From a virus, in the IMG/VR virus record IMGVR_UViG_3300039208_000521: a DNA stretch of 64,000 nucleotides; one strand, given 5' to 3'. The notes under the pieces were generated by a model. That model was not told where the DNA came from and made no database searches. It saw only the letters and a program-made list of their open reading frames with translations. Both the position numbers and the translations under genes were made by a program. Position 1 is the first letter of the stretch. Each line of letters opens with the position of its first letter. Below, in pieces: positions 25,968-36,590 of this stretch.

Positions 25968-26257
25968 AGAATTCCACTTCTCCGGCACGCATCATCTCGT
26001 CGTACACTTTGATGGTTTGATAGTTCTTGGCGACAAAGCTATGTGGATGTGCCCCGCACCAAATTTCAAAAGCCGTCGTGCCCCAAGGGAACGGACATTT
26101 CTTCAAGAAACTCTTTGATATGAACGTGACTTCAACACCTATATCGGCGATGAAAGCGCCCTCCGGCGCCGTATTTCGCCAAAGTCTGTCTTTAGCTTGA
26201 AACTCTAAAAGCGGTTGTTCGGCTCGGGTCATGAGCTCGCTGTATTGCTCTCTATTT

Positions 26258-26650
26258 TCAGTCATTTTTCGCCAATTTCTGATTATTGGCATAGGCCCTC
26301 ATCAAACCCTCATGGCTCTGTACCCGGTCACCGGGGACAAACTCCATGCGATAGCCGTCGGGGTAATGTTTTTGGAAACCTTCATGCCGATCCGGCCTTG
26401 AGCCTTCTAAACACCCGAGATCATGGGGCATGTAGCCCTCAGCGCTACACGCGTGACCGCCAAGTGGGGTTCCATCTTCCGCCAATAGCTGTCCGTTGAA
26501 CCAACCAGGACATCCGCCGTTATTGAACCCATAAATTACCGGCAATTCATCAACAGGCTTATCATGGGGATTGTAAACAGCGAGTTGTTGACTGCCCCAT
26601 TTCAAAAGATGCTGTACCTCGTAAAGTCTAGCCGCTGCTTCGGTTGTCAT
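26258..26650 (-). CDS. hypothetical protein
   Basis: Start MTTEAAA within the track ORF. Confidence 0.55.
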   Translation of the reverse strand: MTTEAAARLYEVQHLLKWGSQQLAVYNPHDKPVDELPVIYGFNNGGCPGWFNGQLLAEDGTPLGGHACSAEGYMPHDLGCLEGSRPDRHEGFQKHYPDGYRMEFVPGDRVQSHEGLMRAYANNQKLAKND

Positions 26651-26922
26651 CAGTAAAACTCCTCTATTTCTGATTGAAGGTGGCCGAATATCGACGTCTC
26701 TTGCCAACTGTAGTGTTTGTGCAAATCAGTCAAAAAATCTTCCCGAACCTCGGCACAAGGCATACAGGTTTTGAAACTGGCGCCGCGACCATCCCACACC
26801 CCTGATGAGTATTGGTAGACCTCGCCCTTGACGATAGGTGCTGGACATTCGCAGCAATGATGCTGTTTTCGGGCTGTTCGAAGCTCAACCCGGAAAGCGT
26901 CCGGGGCGTCAGTCATCATCAC
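26650..26922 (-). CDS. Cys-rich phage protein
   Basis: ARKQHHCCEC...CMPC. Confidence 0.6.
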   Translation of the reverse strand: MMMTDAPDAFRVELRTARKQHHCCECPAPIVKGEVYQYSSGVWDGRGASFKTCMPCAEVREDFLTDLHKHYSWQETSIFGHLQSEIEEFY

Positions 26923-27012
26923 TCACCCTATGCAAAACGGGGCAGGCAGACATTTGACTAACGTCAAGATATATTGCCACCTTGGGGCAAAGTGCCCACA
27001 TGAGAGTCGATT

Positions 27013-27685
27013 TCATGATATAAACCCCCAAATACCTGAAAGAACGTCCAATGTGCCTTCTTTATAATTAATTTTTGTTTCTCTTCCCCATTCAGAACAA
27101 TGGAACACGATGACTTTTTCTATGTCCGGGTTGTCCTTCTGTTTTAGTTCATGAAGAACAATTTTCTTCATTTCGTGCCTATCTTGAGCATCAATATGGC
27201 GACCCATAATACGGGGTCTACCTTCCTTGACTTCGTACCTGATCAAATAGGTAGAAGGACGTCGCCCGCTGAAACCCCTATCACTGTTCATCGCCTGACT
27301 ACCCTCTGTTCACCAACGACATCCCCGCAATCATAAACATCGACGATGCCCCGATTGGCGTCATAGCTGTCGTGATAGATGCAATGCTCTTCAACCAGGC
27401 TTCGATGCATGATCGCGCCTAGGCCACAAACAACCAGGGTCATGGCGCATATCACTACGATGATCCGGTCTCTGGTCATCGGTAGAACTCACACCAACTG
27501 ATTACGAGGAAAGCCAACCGGCTTTTCTTGGGCGCTGATATGGAAACCAATGTACGCTCAAGATTATGAAGATCCGGGCTATTTCGCATGATCTCTTCGG
27601 CTTCTTCCCGACTGTCGACACGAATAACCTCAACCCATTCTTTTTCCATCGTGGTCGGATGCAAGGTGTAAATTTCAAGATACAT
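27013..27685 (-). other. three small early genes (27013-27291, 27288-27479, 27476-27685)
   Basis: Translationally coupled ORFs downstream of the promoter at 27.74 kb with an ACACGGAGACGACA-ATG leader. Confidence 0.6.
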
Positions 27686-27714
27686 TGTCGTCTCCGTGTC
27701 TTTTGTTATTCCCT

Positions 27715-27815
27715 ATCCTATTAAGGTGTGTAGGGTGTGTCAAGGATAAAGTTCAATAGGTAAAGCCAAAAGAAAACCCGGCCGATTCGCGGGGGAGTTT
27801 TCGGCCGGGTTTTCA
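27715..27815 (-). promoter_or_regulatory. terminator plus phage promoter
   Basis: AAAACCCGGCCGA...TCGGCCGGGTTTT hairpin, then TTGAACTTTATCC-TTGACA-N17-TAGGAT. Confidence 0.75.
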
Positions 27816-27940
27816 CTTCGGGAATTCGGCTGTCAAACCGAGGGGTGTCATACAGGGTAAAAGCGGTTGGATCGTCCAACCTGGGTTTATGAAAACCGGT
27901 CCTTGGAAACCGGGGGGGCAATCCAGCAACCACACTGGAT
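27770..27940 (-). ncRNA. candidate structured small RNA
   Basis: Between TTGACA (27977-27972) and the 27.8-kb terminator; hairpins ATCCAG/CTGGAT, CCGGT/ACCGG and GGTTGGA/TCCAACC. Confidence 0.4.
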
Positions 27941-28231
27941 ACACCTATAACCCTATGCTTCCCTATTTAAATGTCAATACGAATTTTTGGCGGTAAACCT
28001 AAGAAAAAAGCGACCGCACAACGCTAGCCGCTCTTCTCAAGCTGATTATGGAGCACAACAAAATTGATTATCTGGGTCGGCAATTCTCCTCAAAGGCAGC
28101 CCGGAAACCGAAGAACTCGGCACATCCGATCTAAATGAAAACAGGGGCATAGGAGCCGGGAAACCCTCAACGACCATTCGGCTCAAAGATCTCCATTTCC
28201 CCGGCTTGCGGCCCCACGGATGAGCCGAACC

Positions 28232-29290
28232 TCAATTGATCTGAAAGAGACAATCCCCTGCTTTGGCGGAATAGGAGATGCACTCACCGACACCGAGTAT
28301 CCTTATCGGCTTTTGGAATGCATCAACCGGAAAAGTCCAGGCTAACTTTTCTTCTTCCGTGGTGACCAGAGAGATGATCGGATCAGGGGTCTGTTCAGTC
28401 ACCCTTCCCGTAAACAGGTCAATGTCCTCGTGGGCGACGATGCTGCCGTCTTCCAGCCGCACCTTGATCTCATGCCGGCTGATTTCCTTTCCATCAAGGC
28501 CGAAGACAACCCAAATGCTGTAGGCGTTCTTCTCTTGCTCTTTCGCCTCAAAAGCACGGCCGATGTCGTTCTTGATCTCTTGGGCTTGCCACTGAACAGC
28601 CTCTTCAAGGGCTTCCTTGGCCTCGGCCGCAAGGTCAGTCATCGGACCTTCCCCGCCTTCAAGCTCGGACTCCATTTTCAGGTGACCTTGCACCGCTTCC
28701 AGGGCCATACCGAGCCGGATAACGATGTCACGAGCGCTCTTGGGCATTTAAAATTTCCTGTGGTGATGGTCGCGAGGTGGTGAGGCCGGGTTCTCGGGGC
28801 TGCCTGGAGCTCCGGGCGATATCGTTCCTGATCTCTTGTGCCTGCCCTTGCTCGGCGAACTTAATCTCATCTTCAATATCCGCTCGGACAGCCGATTCAC
28901 GGTCAAAGCCTTCTTTTATCTCTTCAAGCAACAGCCGCATAACGACATCGTTTGCCATAATAGGTCTCATTATCTCGTTCCCTTGAAGTGATGATGGTCG
29001 CGGGGCGGCGATGCCGGATTTTCCGGGCTGCCTGGAGCTCCAGGCGGGATGTCGTTCTTTATATTATCTTGAGACTCGTGCATGCCCGCCTTGATAATCT
29101 CATCCCGAGCTACGTCCATCGCCTCATTGTACCGATTAAAGCCCTTGACGCCACAATACTGCAAACACCGATATTCAAGTTGGTCGCGGCGTAGTTGTCG
29201 GTACTCGGAAACCGGAATTCTAATGTGACCTTCGTCATGATTACCGTTCGGCATCTTAAACTCTCCGTCGTTCTGTTGGCGTGTACTCAA
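28232..29290 (-). other. three related genes sharing a KNDI/RNDI motif (28232-28747, 28728-28970, 28970-29290)
   Basis: QAQEIKNDIGR, QAQEIRNDIAR and NIKNDIPP; DNA repeat GGAGCTCCAGGCAGCCC in two of them. Confidence 0.6.
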
Positions 29291-30011
29291 TTTCCGGTTT
29301 CGGGGCCGTGTTCAGATAGATCCCGCACAAGATAGCGAGAATGAACGAAAGCAGGGCAATCACGAGATCAATCGGCAACTGATAGGTGAACAATGATGCC
29401 ACGCCGAGGATGACTGCTCCGTACTGCATAAGAAGAACGATAAAACTGTTGATGTCCCAACCCATAGGTCAGACCCTCCATGTTATGGGCACTTCGCCCG
29501 TTTCCCTTGTAATAAGTGTCCTGATCTCAGTCTCTTTGGCTTTACCGACCTCGGTCCAAACCGGATGGCCCCATTCGTCTCGGCGTGTCTTTAGCCGGCG
29601 TCTGACTGTCCCATGCCGATCGACCGAGAACCGGGCGCCGTTAACCTGTAGCCGGTGGCCTAGGTAAAAGGACCAGACTCTTAAAATGGGATCGGGTCTT
29701 CGATCACTTTTCCGCCGTGCTTTGCGCAATGTTCCGACTCCTCAGTCATTTGTCGTCTTCAGAGATCAATACGACGTCCTCATCAGCCAAACCCATGACG
29801 TGCGCGTCTTGCTCATTGCATCCGATGCCGCCGACCAGATTGGCGATGCCATCCTTTAAACGCTCGTATGGTGTTTCTCGCGTGTCAGCGGCGAAGAAGA
29901 ATTTTTGGCCGGGTTGGAGTTCTGTGAGTTTCATCGCAAATGCCATTTACCAGCCACCGCATGAATGTCTTTGGTAACAGGCTTCTTCTCGATGTCGCTA
30001 AGCTTGGTCAT
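29256..30011 (-). other. small early genes (29256-29465 membrane, 29469-29729, 29746-29934, 29931-30011)
   Basis: Downstream of the promoter at 30.06 kb with an ACACGGGGACGACAA-ATG leader; the 26-aa ORF was read by hand. Confidence 0.55.
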
Positions 30012-30039
30012 TTGTCGTCCCCGTGTGATTTGTTATCTG

Positions 30040-30145
30040 AATCCTATCAAACCCTGTTCAGGTGTCAAGGATAAATTTCAATAATTTTTGAACAAAAAGA
30101 AGCCCGGAAGAGCGTCGCTTCAGCTTCCGGGCTTCTTCTCGTCGC
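30040..30145 (-). promoter_or_regulatory. terminator plus phage promoter
   Basis: AAGCCCGGAAG...CTTCCGGGCTT hairpin plus T-run, then TTGAAATTTATCC-TTGACA-N16-TAGGAT. Confidence 0.75.
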
Positions 30146-30521
30146 CTCAAACGGCCAAGTCGGGGGCGAACATCACTTGTCCAACTTTCCGAGGAGAAAA
30201 GTCCAGAGCAGCATAGCACCCTATTCACAATTTTCAAGCGCCCAGCATGCGGCCCAAAGGAGGGCGCCGACGATGAATGCCGTAACTAGGAAGACGGTTA
30301 TCATGCCTCATCCCCATAGAGAAACGCTCGCGCTTCGGCCGTTAGTCGGGTGCCGGTCTTGCCGTCGTCCTCGAACATCACGATACAATCACCCGGCTCC
30401 AAGAGAACTGCCTCAGCCCCGGCCGGCACACGAACCTGAACTTTCCCTTTGATGATCTGTCCGACCATATATTGCAGCCGGCTTGGTTTATGAATGATCT
30501 GGTCGTTCACCCTCATTCTCA

Positions 30522-32828
30522 TTAGAACTCATCCATTTCGTCTGTCCGCTCCATGCTGCCGTGCATGTCGTCATCTTCAATCGGGGTGCCGTCGATCACG
30601 GCGTCTTGATACCGCTCATTCAAGGCTTCTCTTGCTTCTTCAAGCTCCGGCAACAAAATTGCCCTATACCGATCATATCGACCACCAATCTGCTTTGTTG
30701 CCTGCTTTGGATCGATACCCGAACATTTCCACAACATGGCATGAAACGCAGGCGAGGGTATGCCTCTTTCGCCTTTATGCTGGTCCCTAAACGCCGCTTC
30801 AAGGGCCGTCTTTCCGATACTGGTCGGCCAAACCGCTTTCCCGTTTTTCGGCCTGACTTGGTCCATATGATCTTCCGGCACCTGAATGCGGCCGGCGTCG
30901 ATGCATTTGGCCCACCATTGCGCAACTGGATCCATACTCATCAAGATCTGTTTGCGACCAGCTGCCGACTGATAGCAGGACCGGAGCAAATCAACGCTAT
31001 ATTCATAATGCATGAGATAATCTAAGAGCTTGCCTGGTCCATCCCCATCAATCTCTTCGTAGATGGCCCTAAAGTGCTCCAACTTCTCCTCATCAGTCAT
31101 GTGATCCGTTGGATTAACCACATCAACCACGGTGTAACGTTGGTCATCGGCATCCCGGTTCAACACATGGATCTTGTTCGATGCCAAGACGACCCGGAGA
31201 TAATTTCGGCCGGATTTCGCATGACCCCACTTATGGTCCATGAAAAAATCTTTATCGGTGATCAAGGTCTTAAGGACATTGGCGGCTACCGTGCTTGAGG
31301 CAAAATCCGCCTCATTTGCAAACATCAAAAGCGCATACTGCAAATTTGAATTATATCGGTTGGTGATCTGTCCAGCCCCATTCATCTCGCGAACGTGGCG
31401 CATGCCAATAACGCATTTCATCATCTCGACAAGGGTGTTCTTACCCGACCGCTGACCCGACCTTAACATCACGGCTGTCCCCGGCTTTTGCATCGGGTTC
31501 TGCACAATGTCGGCAAGCCACGCCATCAACCAGTGCATCATCTCCTCATTATAGTCGCAAATGAACCGCTCCATGTGACCGAGCCATTTATCGATTGATC
31601 CCTTTGAGTTCGGTTTTGCCTGCCAACCTCGCCACAAGTTCAGCTTGCCGTCGACGACTTCGGCTTCCCCCGGCATGAAATCCGTCTTTCGGTATGTCCT
31701 TCTATCCGGGTGTTCAAACCAATATTTCGATTTCGGCACGAAGATATCTTTCTTCCCGGCCGGTAGCTTGATCCGGTCATTGCAGGTCAGCATGTGAAAT
31801 TCTTGGGGTGGCATGGTTTCGAAATCTGGAAGAGAAAGATCATTGACCACATCAAAGTCGATCACGCATACCTTGCCGAAATAGACGGCTACCGCGTATC
31901 GAGCGTTGAAATCCTCAAAGACAGCCGCTCTGGCATCCATAAAGAGTTTTCGGAATTCATAGACCAGACGAGGATAAGCCGTGATCTCAGCAAGCCTTGG
32001 ACCGCCGGCTATGCGTTGTTTGCCCTCTGCCCTTTTATAGGTGTCACGAACGGCGCGAATGACTTTCTTTCGGTCATCACCCTCATCCACATAAGAGAGA
32101 AAGCAATTCATCCAGTGAACAGCCTCGTCTTCTGTCCACTTGGCCAAATAGAACATGCCGGCATAAGCCATCGATAGATCGTGCTTGCAACCGTCGAACC
32201 AACCATGCTTTGCCGCCATGACCGTGAATGCAATTTTTCGGACAGCTCGGCGTAGTTCATAACTGTCGACGGCAGCCGGTAGCTTAGTTGGTACCTTGCC
32301 GTCTTTCCATTCGATTAACTCGCCTGATGTGTGAATTGTTCCCGGCATAACGGTTTGACCGCCATCAGCCCGGTATTCAATGATGCAAGAACGCTCTTTA
32401 GGATTTTCTTCACAAGACGGTATCTTTTCCGTGTCCATATAACCTTTGGCTTTTGGATCAATGGCACGCTGTTTTTGGGTTGTATCGGTCGAATCTGAGA
32501 TCACAAATACGTGATGTGAGCATTTTTTGCCTTTTCTACCAAAAATCCATCCTCCGTGTGGCAGATGGGACACAGCTAGGTTTGCGATATCAGGGTGGTC
32601 TAGATCTATGTCGACGAGTTTATAGCGCTCAGATAGAACGACACCGACACCTAGGTCTTCATTTTTCCAACGATTATAATCACTTGAGTATGAAGGATCG
32701 GAAAATCCTTCTTCGTCCGTAACTTTAGTATTTCGCTTTATAGGTAAGGGCATTAGCCCTAGGTTTTTGAGCAGGTCGACCGTTTTAAGGACTTCTGGCG
32801 AAGATTTAGAGGCCTTTGAGGTCATCAT
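30522..32828 (-). CDS. bifunctional primase-polymerase / helicase (Prim-Pol plus DUF5906/D5-like ATPase)
   Basis: N-terminal LVDIDLD...HHVF...IEYRADGGQTVMPG; C-terminal SGQRSGKNT, MFANEAD, LIT...N..RVVLASN. Confidence 0.9.
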   Translation of the reverse strand: MMTSKASKSSPEVLKTVDLLKNLGLMPLPIKRNTKVTDEEGFSDPSYSSDYNRWKNEDLGVGVVLSERYKLVDIDLDHPDIANLAVSHLPHGGWIFGRKGKKCSHHVFVISDSTDTTQKQRAIDPKAKGYMDTEKIPSCEENPKERSCIIEYRADGGQTVMPGTIHTSGELIEWKDGKVPTKLPAAVDSYELRRAVRKIAFTVMAAKHGWFDGCKHDLSMAYAGMFYLAKWTEDEAVHWMNCFLSYVDEGDDRKKVIRAVRDTYKRAEGKQRIAGGPRLAEITAYPRLVYEFRKLFMDARAAVFEDFNARYAVAVYFGKVCVIDFDVVNDLSLPDFETMPPQEFHMLTCNDRIKLPAGKKDIFVPKSKYWFEHPDRRTYRKTDFMPGEAEVVDGKLNLWRGWQAKPNSKGSIDKWLGHMERFICDYNEEMMHWLMAWLADIVQNPMQKPGTAVMLRSGQRSGKNTLVEMMKCVIGMRHVREMNGAGQITNRYNSNLQYALLMFANEADFASSTVAANVLKTLITDKDFFMDHKWGHAKSGRNYLRVVLASNKIHVLNRDADDQRYTVVDVVNPTDHMTDEEKLEHFRAIYEEIDGDGPGKLLDYLMHYEYSVDLLRSCYQSAAGRKQILMSMDPVAQWWAKCIDAGRIQVPEDHMDQVRPKNGKAVWPTSIGKTALEAAFRDQHKGERGIPSPAFHAMLWKCSGIDPKQATKQIGGRYDRYRAILLPELEEAREALNERYQDAVIDGTPIEDDDMHGSMERTDEMDEF

Positions 32829-32899
32829 CTGTCATCCGTTTATTGCGTGTTGGAGGGCCGTTTTAGGGCCCTGTTTTTGTCAAGTCAAGATGGCCGGAT

Positions 32900-33330
32900 T
32901 CGGGGTCTCGGTAGCCGGTAGCCGGGTGTGTACACACCCAAAAAGGGGGGTGTATAGGCCCTAAAAGAGGTGTGTAGGTGTGTATTTTAGCCCAAAATCC
33001 CTATCTTGTCTAATAGGATTGTGTCTTACGCTAATGAGACCTATAGGATGTGTCAAGGAGAAAGTTACCGATACACAATGGGGAGTGTGTACGAATACAC
33101 AATAGGGGATGTTCACCATAACCCTTAGTACCGGCTTGATAAAACAAGCGTACACACCGAACACAGTGGGGGGTTAAAGTCTTTTATAGAGGAATTTGTG
33201 ATTTAGAAACCAGCCGGACACATCAATTTTAAGATATAAAAGATACCTACATATTGTATGTGTTCGGTGTGTATGGGGTTTGACAAGGATAATATTTGAT
33301 AGTCGATTTTTGGGTCAAATGATAAATTTA
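32900..33330. repeat. palindromes and GTGTGTA iteron-like repeats, candidate replication origin
   Basis: 16-bp palindrome GGGTGTGTACACACCC (32924-32939); 15-bp inverted repeat at 33151-33165 and 33259-33273; several GTGTGTA copies. Confidence 0.6.
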
Positions 33331-33501
33331 CCCTTGACAAAATCAGTCGAAATTCAGCCGGGGTTGACAGGTATTTTTTTCTGGTCTAAAACCGAGACGA
33401 TCGCTTTTCCCATCACCACACCGTTTCGACCTGTACCGGCGGAGCGGATTTTTTATGTCTTAATTTTGGTGTTAGGAATTTGGTCATAGAAAAGGTCGGC
33501 G

Positions 33502-33918
33502 ATGCGCCAACATCCCGACCACGATCGACAGAACGAGGAAATGCCGATGAATGTGATCCTTCCTAGAAACATTGATTCCGTCAAGGCACTTATCGGACAG
33601 TTTATCGATAAGTGGGGTTATTGTATTAAGTGGACAGGAGAAACAAATAAAAAGGGTATGCCTATCGTATACCTGGGAAAAGACCATGGAGTTTGGATCG
33701 TAAAAGATGCTTTGTGGTCATGTGAAAATGGCTCAATACCTAGAAGATATAAAGTTGTTTCTCGATGTGGTAAGAAAAAGTGCGTTAGATTGGATCACTT
33801 AGATTTAGTTGATTTTAAGGGTAATGTTGTTGATCCCGATCAAGCCAGGAACAAATACAAAAGAAAGGATGTTTTGACTTATCGATCATCTAGAGTGTCT
33901 AGTTTGTTTGGTCCTTAA
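33502..33918 (+). CDS. HNH homing-endonuclease-like protein, possibly degenerate
   Basis: CIKWTG...LW...G.IP...VVSRCG...CVRLDHL; the usual catalytic His position appears substituted; AT-rich. Confidence 0.55.
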   Translation: MRQHPDHDRQNEEMPMNVILPRNIDSVKALIGQFIDKWGYCIKWTGETNKKGMPIVYLGKDHGVWIVKDALWSCENGSIPRRYKVVSRCGKKKCVRLDHLDLVDFKGNVVDPDQARNKYKRKDVLTYRSSRVSSLFGP

Positions 33919-33924
33919 ATGACG

Positions 33925-36590
33925 AAACCCCGGACAATGCCGGGGCCCTAGATACGGTGTCACCTCCTTTGTTTGGCTAAGCTTGCCCTTATGGGTTTGC
34001 CATTCATTGTCACTTCGATTTCTGGGTCTAGGTCGTCTCCTTCTTCTATCTTTTGTTCAAGCCATTCGATTTGCAGTGTCGTTCTCCTGGTCCATAGGCG
34101 CCACATATGGAGAATTATGCCGAATAATGTGAAGAGAACGATTGCTCCTAGGAGGTTGACGGTATGTGCTTCCATTATCGTGGTGTCCATACGTAGATGT
34201 GTAGGTGATCGTTTGGGCTTGAGCTTGGTCTGTACGTTGTAGGCTTAATACGAATGCCCCTCATTTCATCCCGCATTCTCACCCATTGTGTTGCTCTTGA
34301 TACTTCGGATGGTTGTGCGTCTTTAGGAAGTGCCCATGCCGCATATGAATTGCCGTTTTCACATTCACCCCATCCCGACATGAAAGTATCACGAGCTAAA
34401 ACCATTTTGGTGTGGGTTATTTTTTGTTCGTCTGTTCTGTCGTCTTTGATTCGAATTGCCATTTGTCTGTTCCCGTGTCTTGGTTTTTCTTTATGTATTA
34501 ATCATACTTACTCTATATTTTATGTCAAGGATAAATTTCAACAAAAATTACCTATAATACATAAAATTTTATCTTGTATCATTTTGAGACTCATTTTGAG
34601 AATAAAAAGAAATCCCGGACAATGCCGAGGCCAATCTAACGGGAAAGGGTGTGTGGATTACGTTTTAGCTACGTCAAAAGTCATTACGACACATGAGTCT
34701 GTTTTCCATCCATATCCGACTAGGTCATGATATCGAACAAAGTCACGGCTGAATTCATCTGAGGTAAGGAACCTAAAATGTCCGTGATGCTCTTCCATGT
34801 CCTCAATGAACCTGTCTAGGATAGCTTCGTCATCGTCGTTTAGTGACGTTCTGTCGTCGTATGCGAAGAATGTTAGGAGATGTTCTGGTAGAAGGTAGCA
34901 CGCCATTTCCATAGGTCACACTCCAAAAAGAGACGAGATGACAGACCACAAACTCTTTGAGCCGCAGACGAGATCACATTCACGCCGAACTACCTCAATG
35001 ACCCTATTGGAATGCTTGGGCTTGTTCATGATCCGGTCTAAGTTGTTTGCTAGTTCTGTCATCTGTCTAGTTCCGTGTTGTCTTTTGCTTATTCCCTTAT
35101 ATTAAGGACTGGGTTGTGTATGTCAAGGATAAATTTCAACAATTATCATATTCTTCTGAATTAGCTGCTTCCCACACAAGATAAATGTGTGCAATGTCCA
35201 TATCACTGAAATCTGTTTCACTATCAAAATACACATTCTCACAAGTTTCTTGTTTTTCTTTATCCGTTGCTGGCCTGTTTTTGTATTTACCGTTTTCATC
35301 AAGAGCAACAATCCTGAACTCAACGCCTATATGGTCAAGGATGTAACGGCATGCGTCTTCGCAGTCTCCTGTGGTTGTGCAGTCATGAAGATCTTCTTCG
35401 AATTCCGTTCCTTGGATGGATTGGCCATCAATCGTGCAAACAGATGCTCTTGGTTCATGTGGGCATATTTCTATGATTAGTTGTGCTGATGACATTTTCT
35501 TAGCTCCTTACCTCGATCACAAGACCCTTGATCTCAAAGATAACCGATCCATTGACGCCATTTGTTTTCTTGCTTGCCAGAGCCGATAGGTAGCTCATCA
35601 GGAAGGAGAGTTTCTTTTCTGCCAGTTCCCTTGCGTTGATGGTCATTTGTCTATTCCCGTGTTGTCGTTTTATTTATTGTAATTGAAAAATATCCATAGA
35701 TCATCTGACACAGTTTCGTAGGATTTTACTATTCCAACTTTATATAGATTGTAGGCATATTCTTTTGATTTATTCAGTTTAATTTTGATCGTTTCTGATA
35801 GGGTTGCCATCTGTCTGTCTCCGTGTTGTCTTTCTATTTGTACACACCGTACACATCCCCTATCATAATGTAAAGGATAAATTTCAACAAAATGATCAAT
35901 ATTCTATGTGTGTTCTGTTTTGTTTTAAAATCGTTGAAAGCACGAATCAGAAAACCGGCCTTTCAGCCGGTTCCCTAATTCCGATTGTTGACTTGGGGGT
36001 TGGGGCCTTAGGCCCCTTTCCCTTGTGCGTATTTGAAAACCTCGGTCAGTGACGGTGAGTGAAATCTGGTTACGCCGTTCTTGTCTGCTGCATATGCCCA
36101 AAAAATCGTCTCTGTGGAAATCATGTAGATGTCTAGGTCGTTTACGGTTGCTATCGGCCTGTTGGTCATCTGATTATTTCCTTGTTTTGAGGTTATGTCT
36201 TTTTATAGTCGTTCTTGGATTATATGTAAAGGATAAATTTCAACAAAATGATCAATATTCTATGTGTGTTCTGTTTTGTGTCAGTACGTGTCAGTAGGTG
36301 TTCACTTTATGTTCTTAATTCCCTAAAGCACCAATCAGAAAACCGGCCTTTCAGCCGGTTCCCGAACTCTGATTATTGGTTTCCTTATCGTGTGATCGCT
36401 CTCCATAGAATGTGGTTCATTGTAATTTGTTGAACTGCCATTTTCGTGCTGTAGGTGATGTTTCCGTTGTTCCTGCAAAGTGCGAACCAAGCGATCAATC
36501 GGCTATTCATTTTCTGTCTCCGTGTTCTGTTGGTATACACACAGTACACATCCCCTATCATAGTGTAAAGGATAAATTTCAACAAATATG
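33925..36590 (-). repeat. array of promoter-microgene-terminator cassettes
   Basis: Five copies of TTGAAATTTATCC-TT(G/T)ACA; exact 56-bp (35868-35923 = 36224-36279) and 31-bp (35945-35975 = 36333-36363) repeats; ORFs 33960-34190, 34175-34462, 34658-34912, 34916-35062, 35136-35495, 35500-35646, 35670-35810, 36008-36169, 36385-36510. Confidence 0.85.

Noticed and set aside
27721-27933. 70-aa ORF
   Set aside because: No SD, runs through a strong terminator and a promoter; better explained as structured RNA.
33925-36590. CRISPR array or integron
   Set aside because: Repeats are promoter and terminator sequences separated by 300-600 bp gene-bearing units; no cas genes, integrase or attC-like sites.
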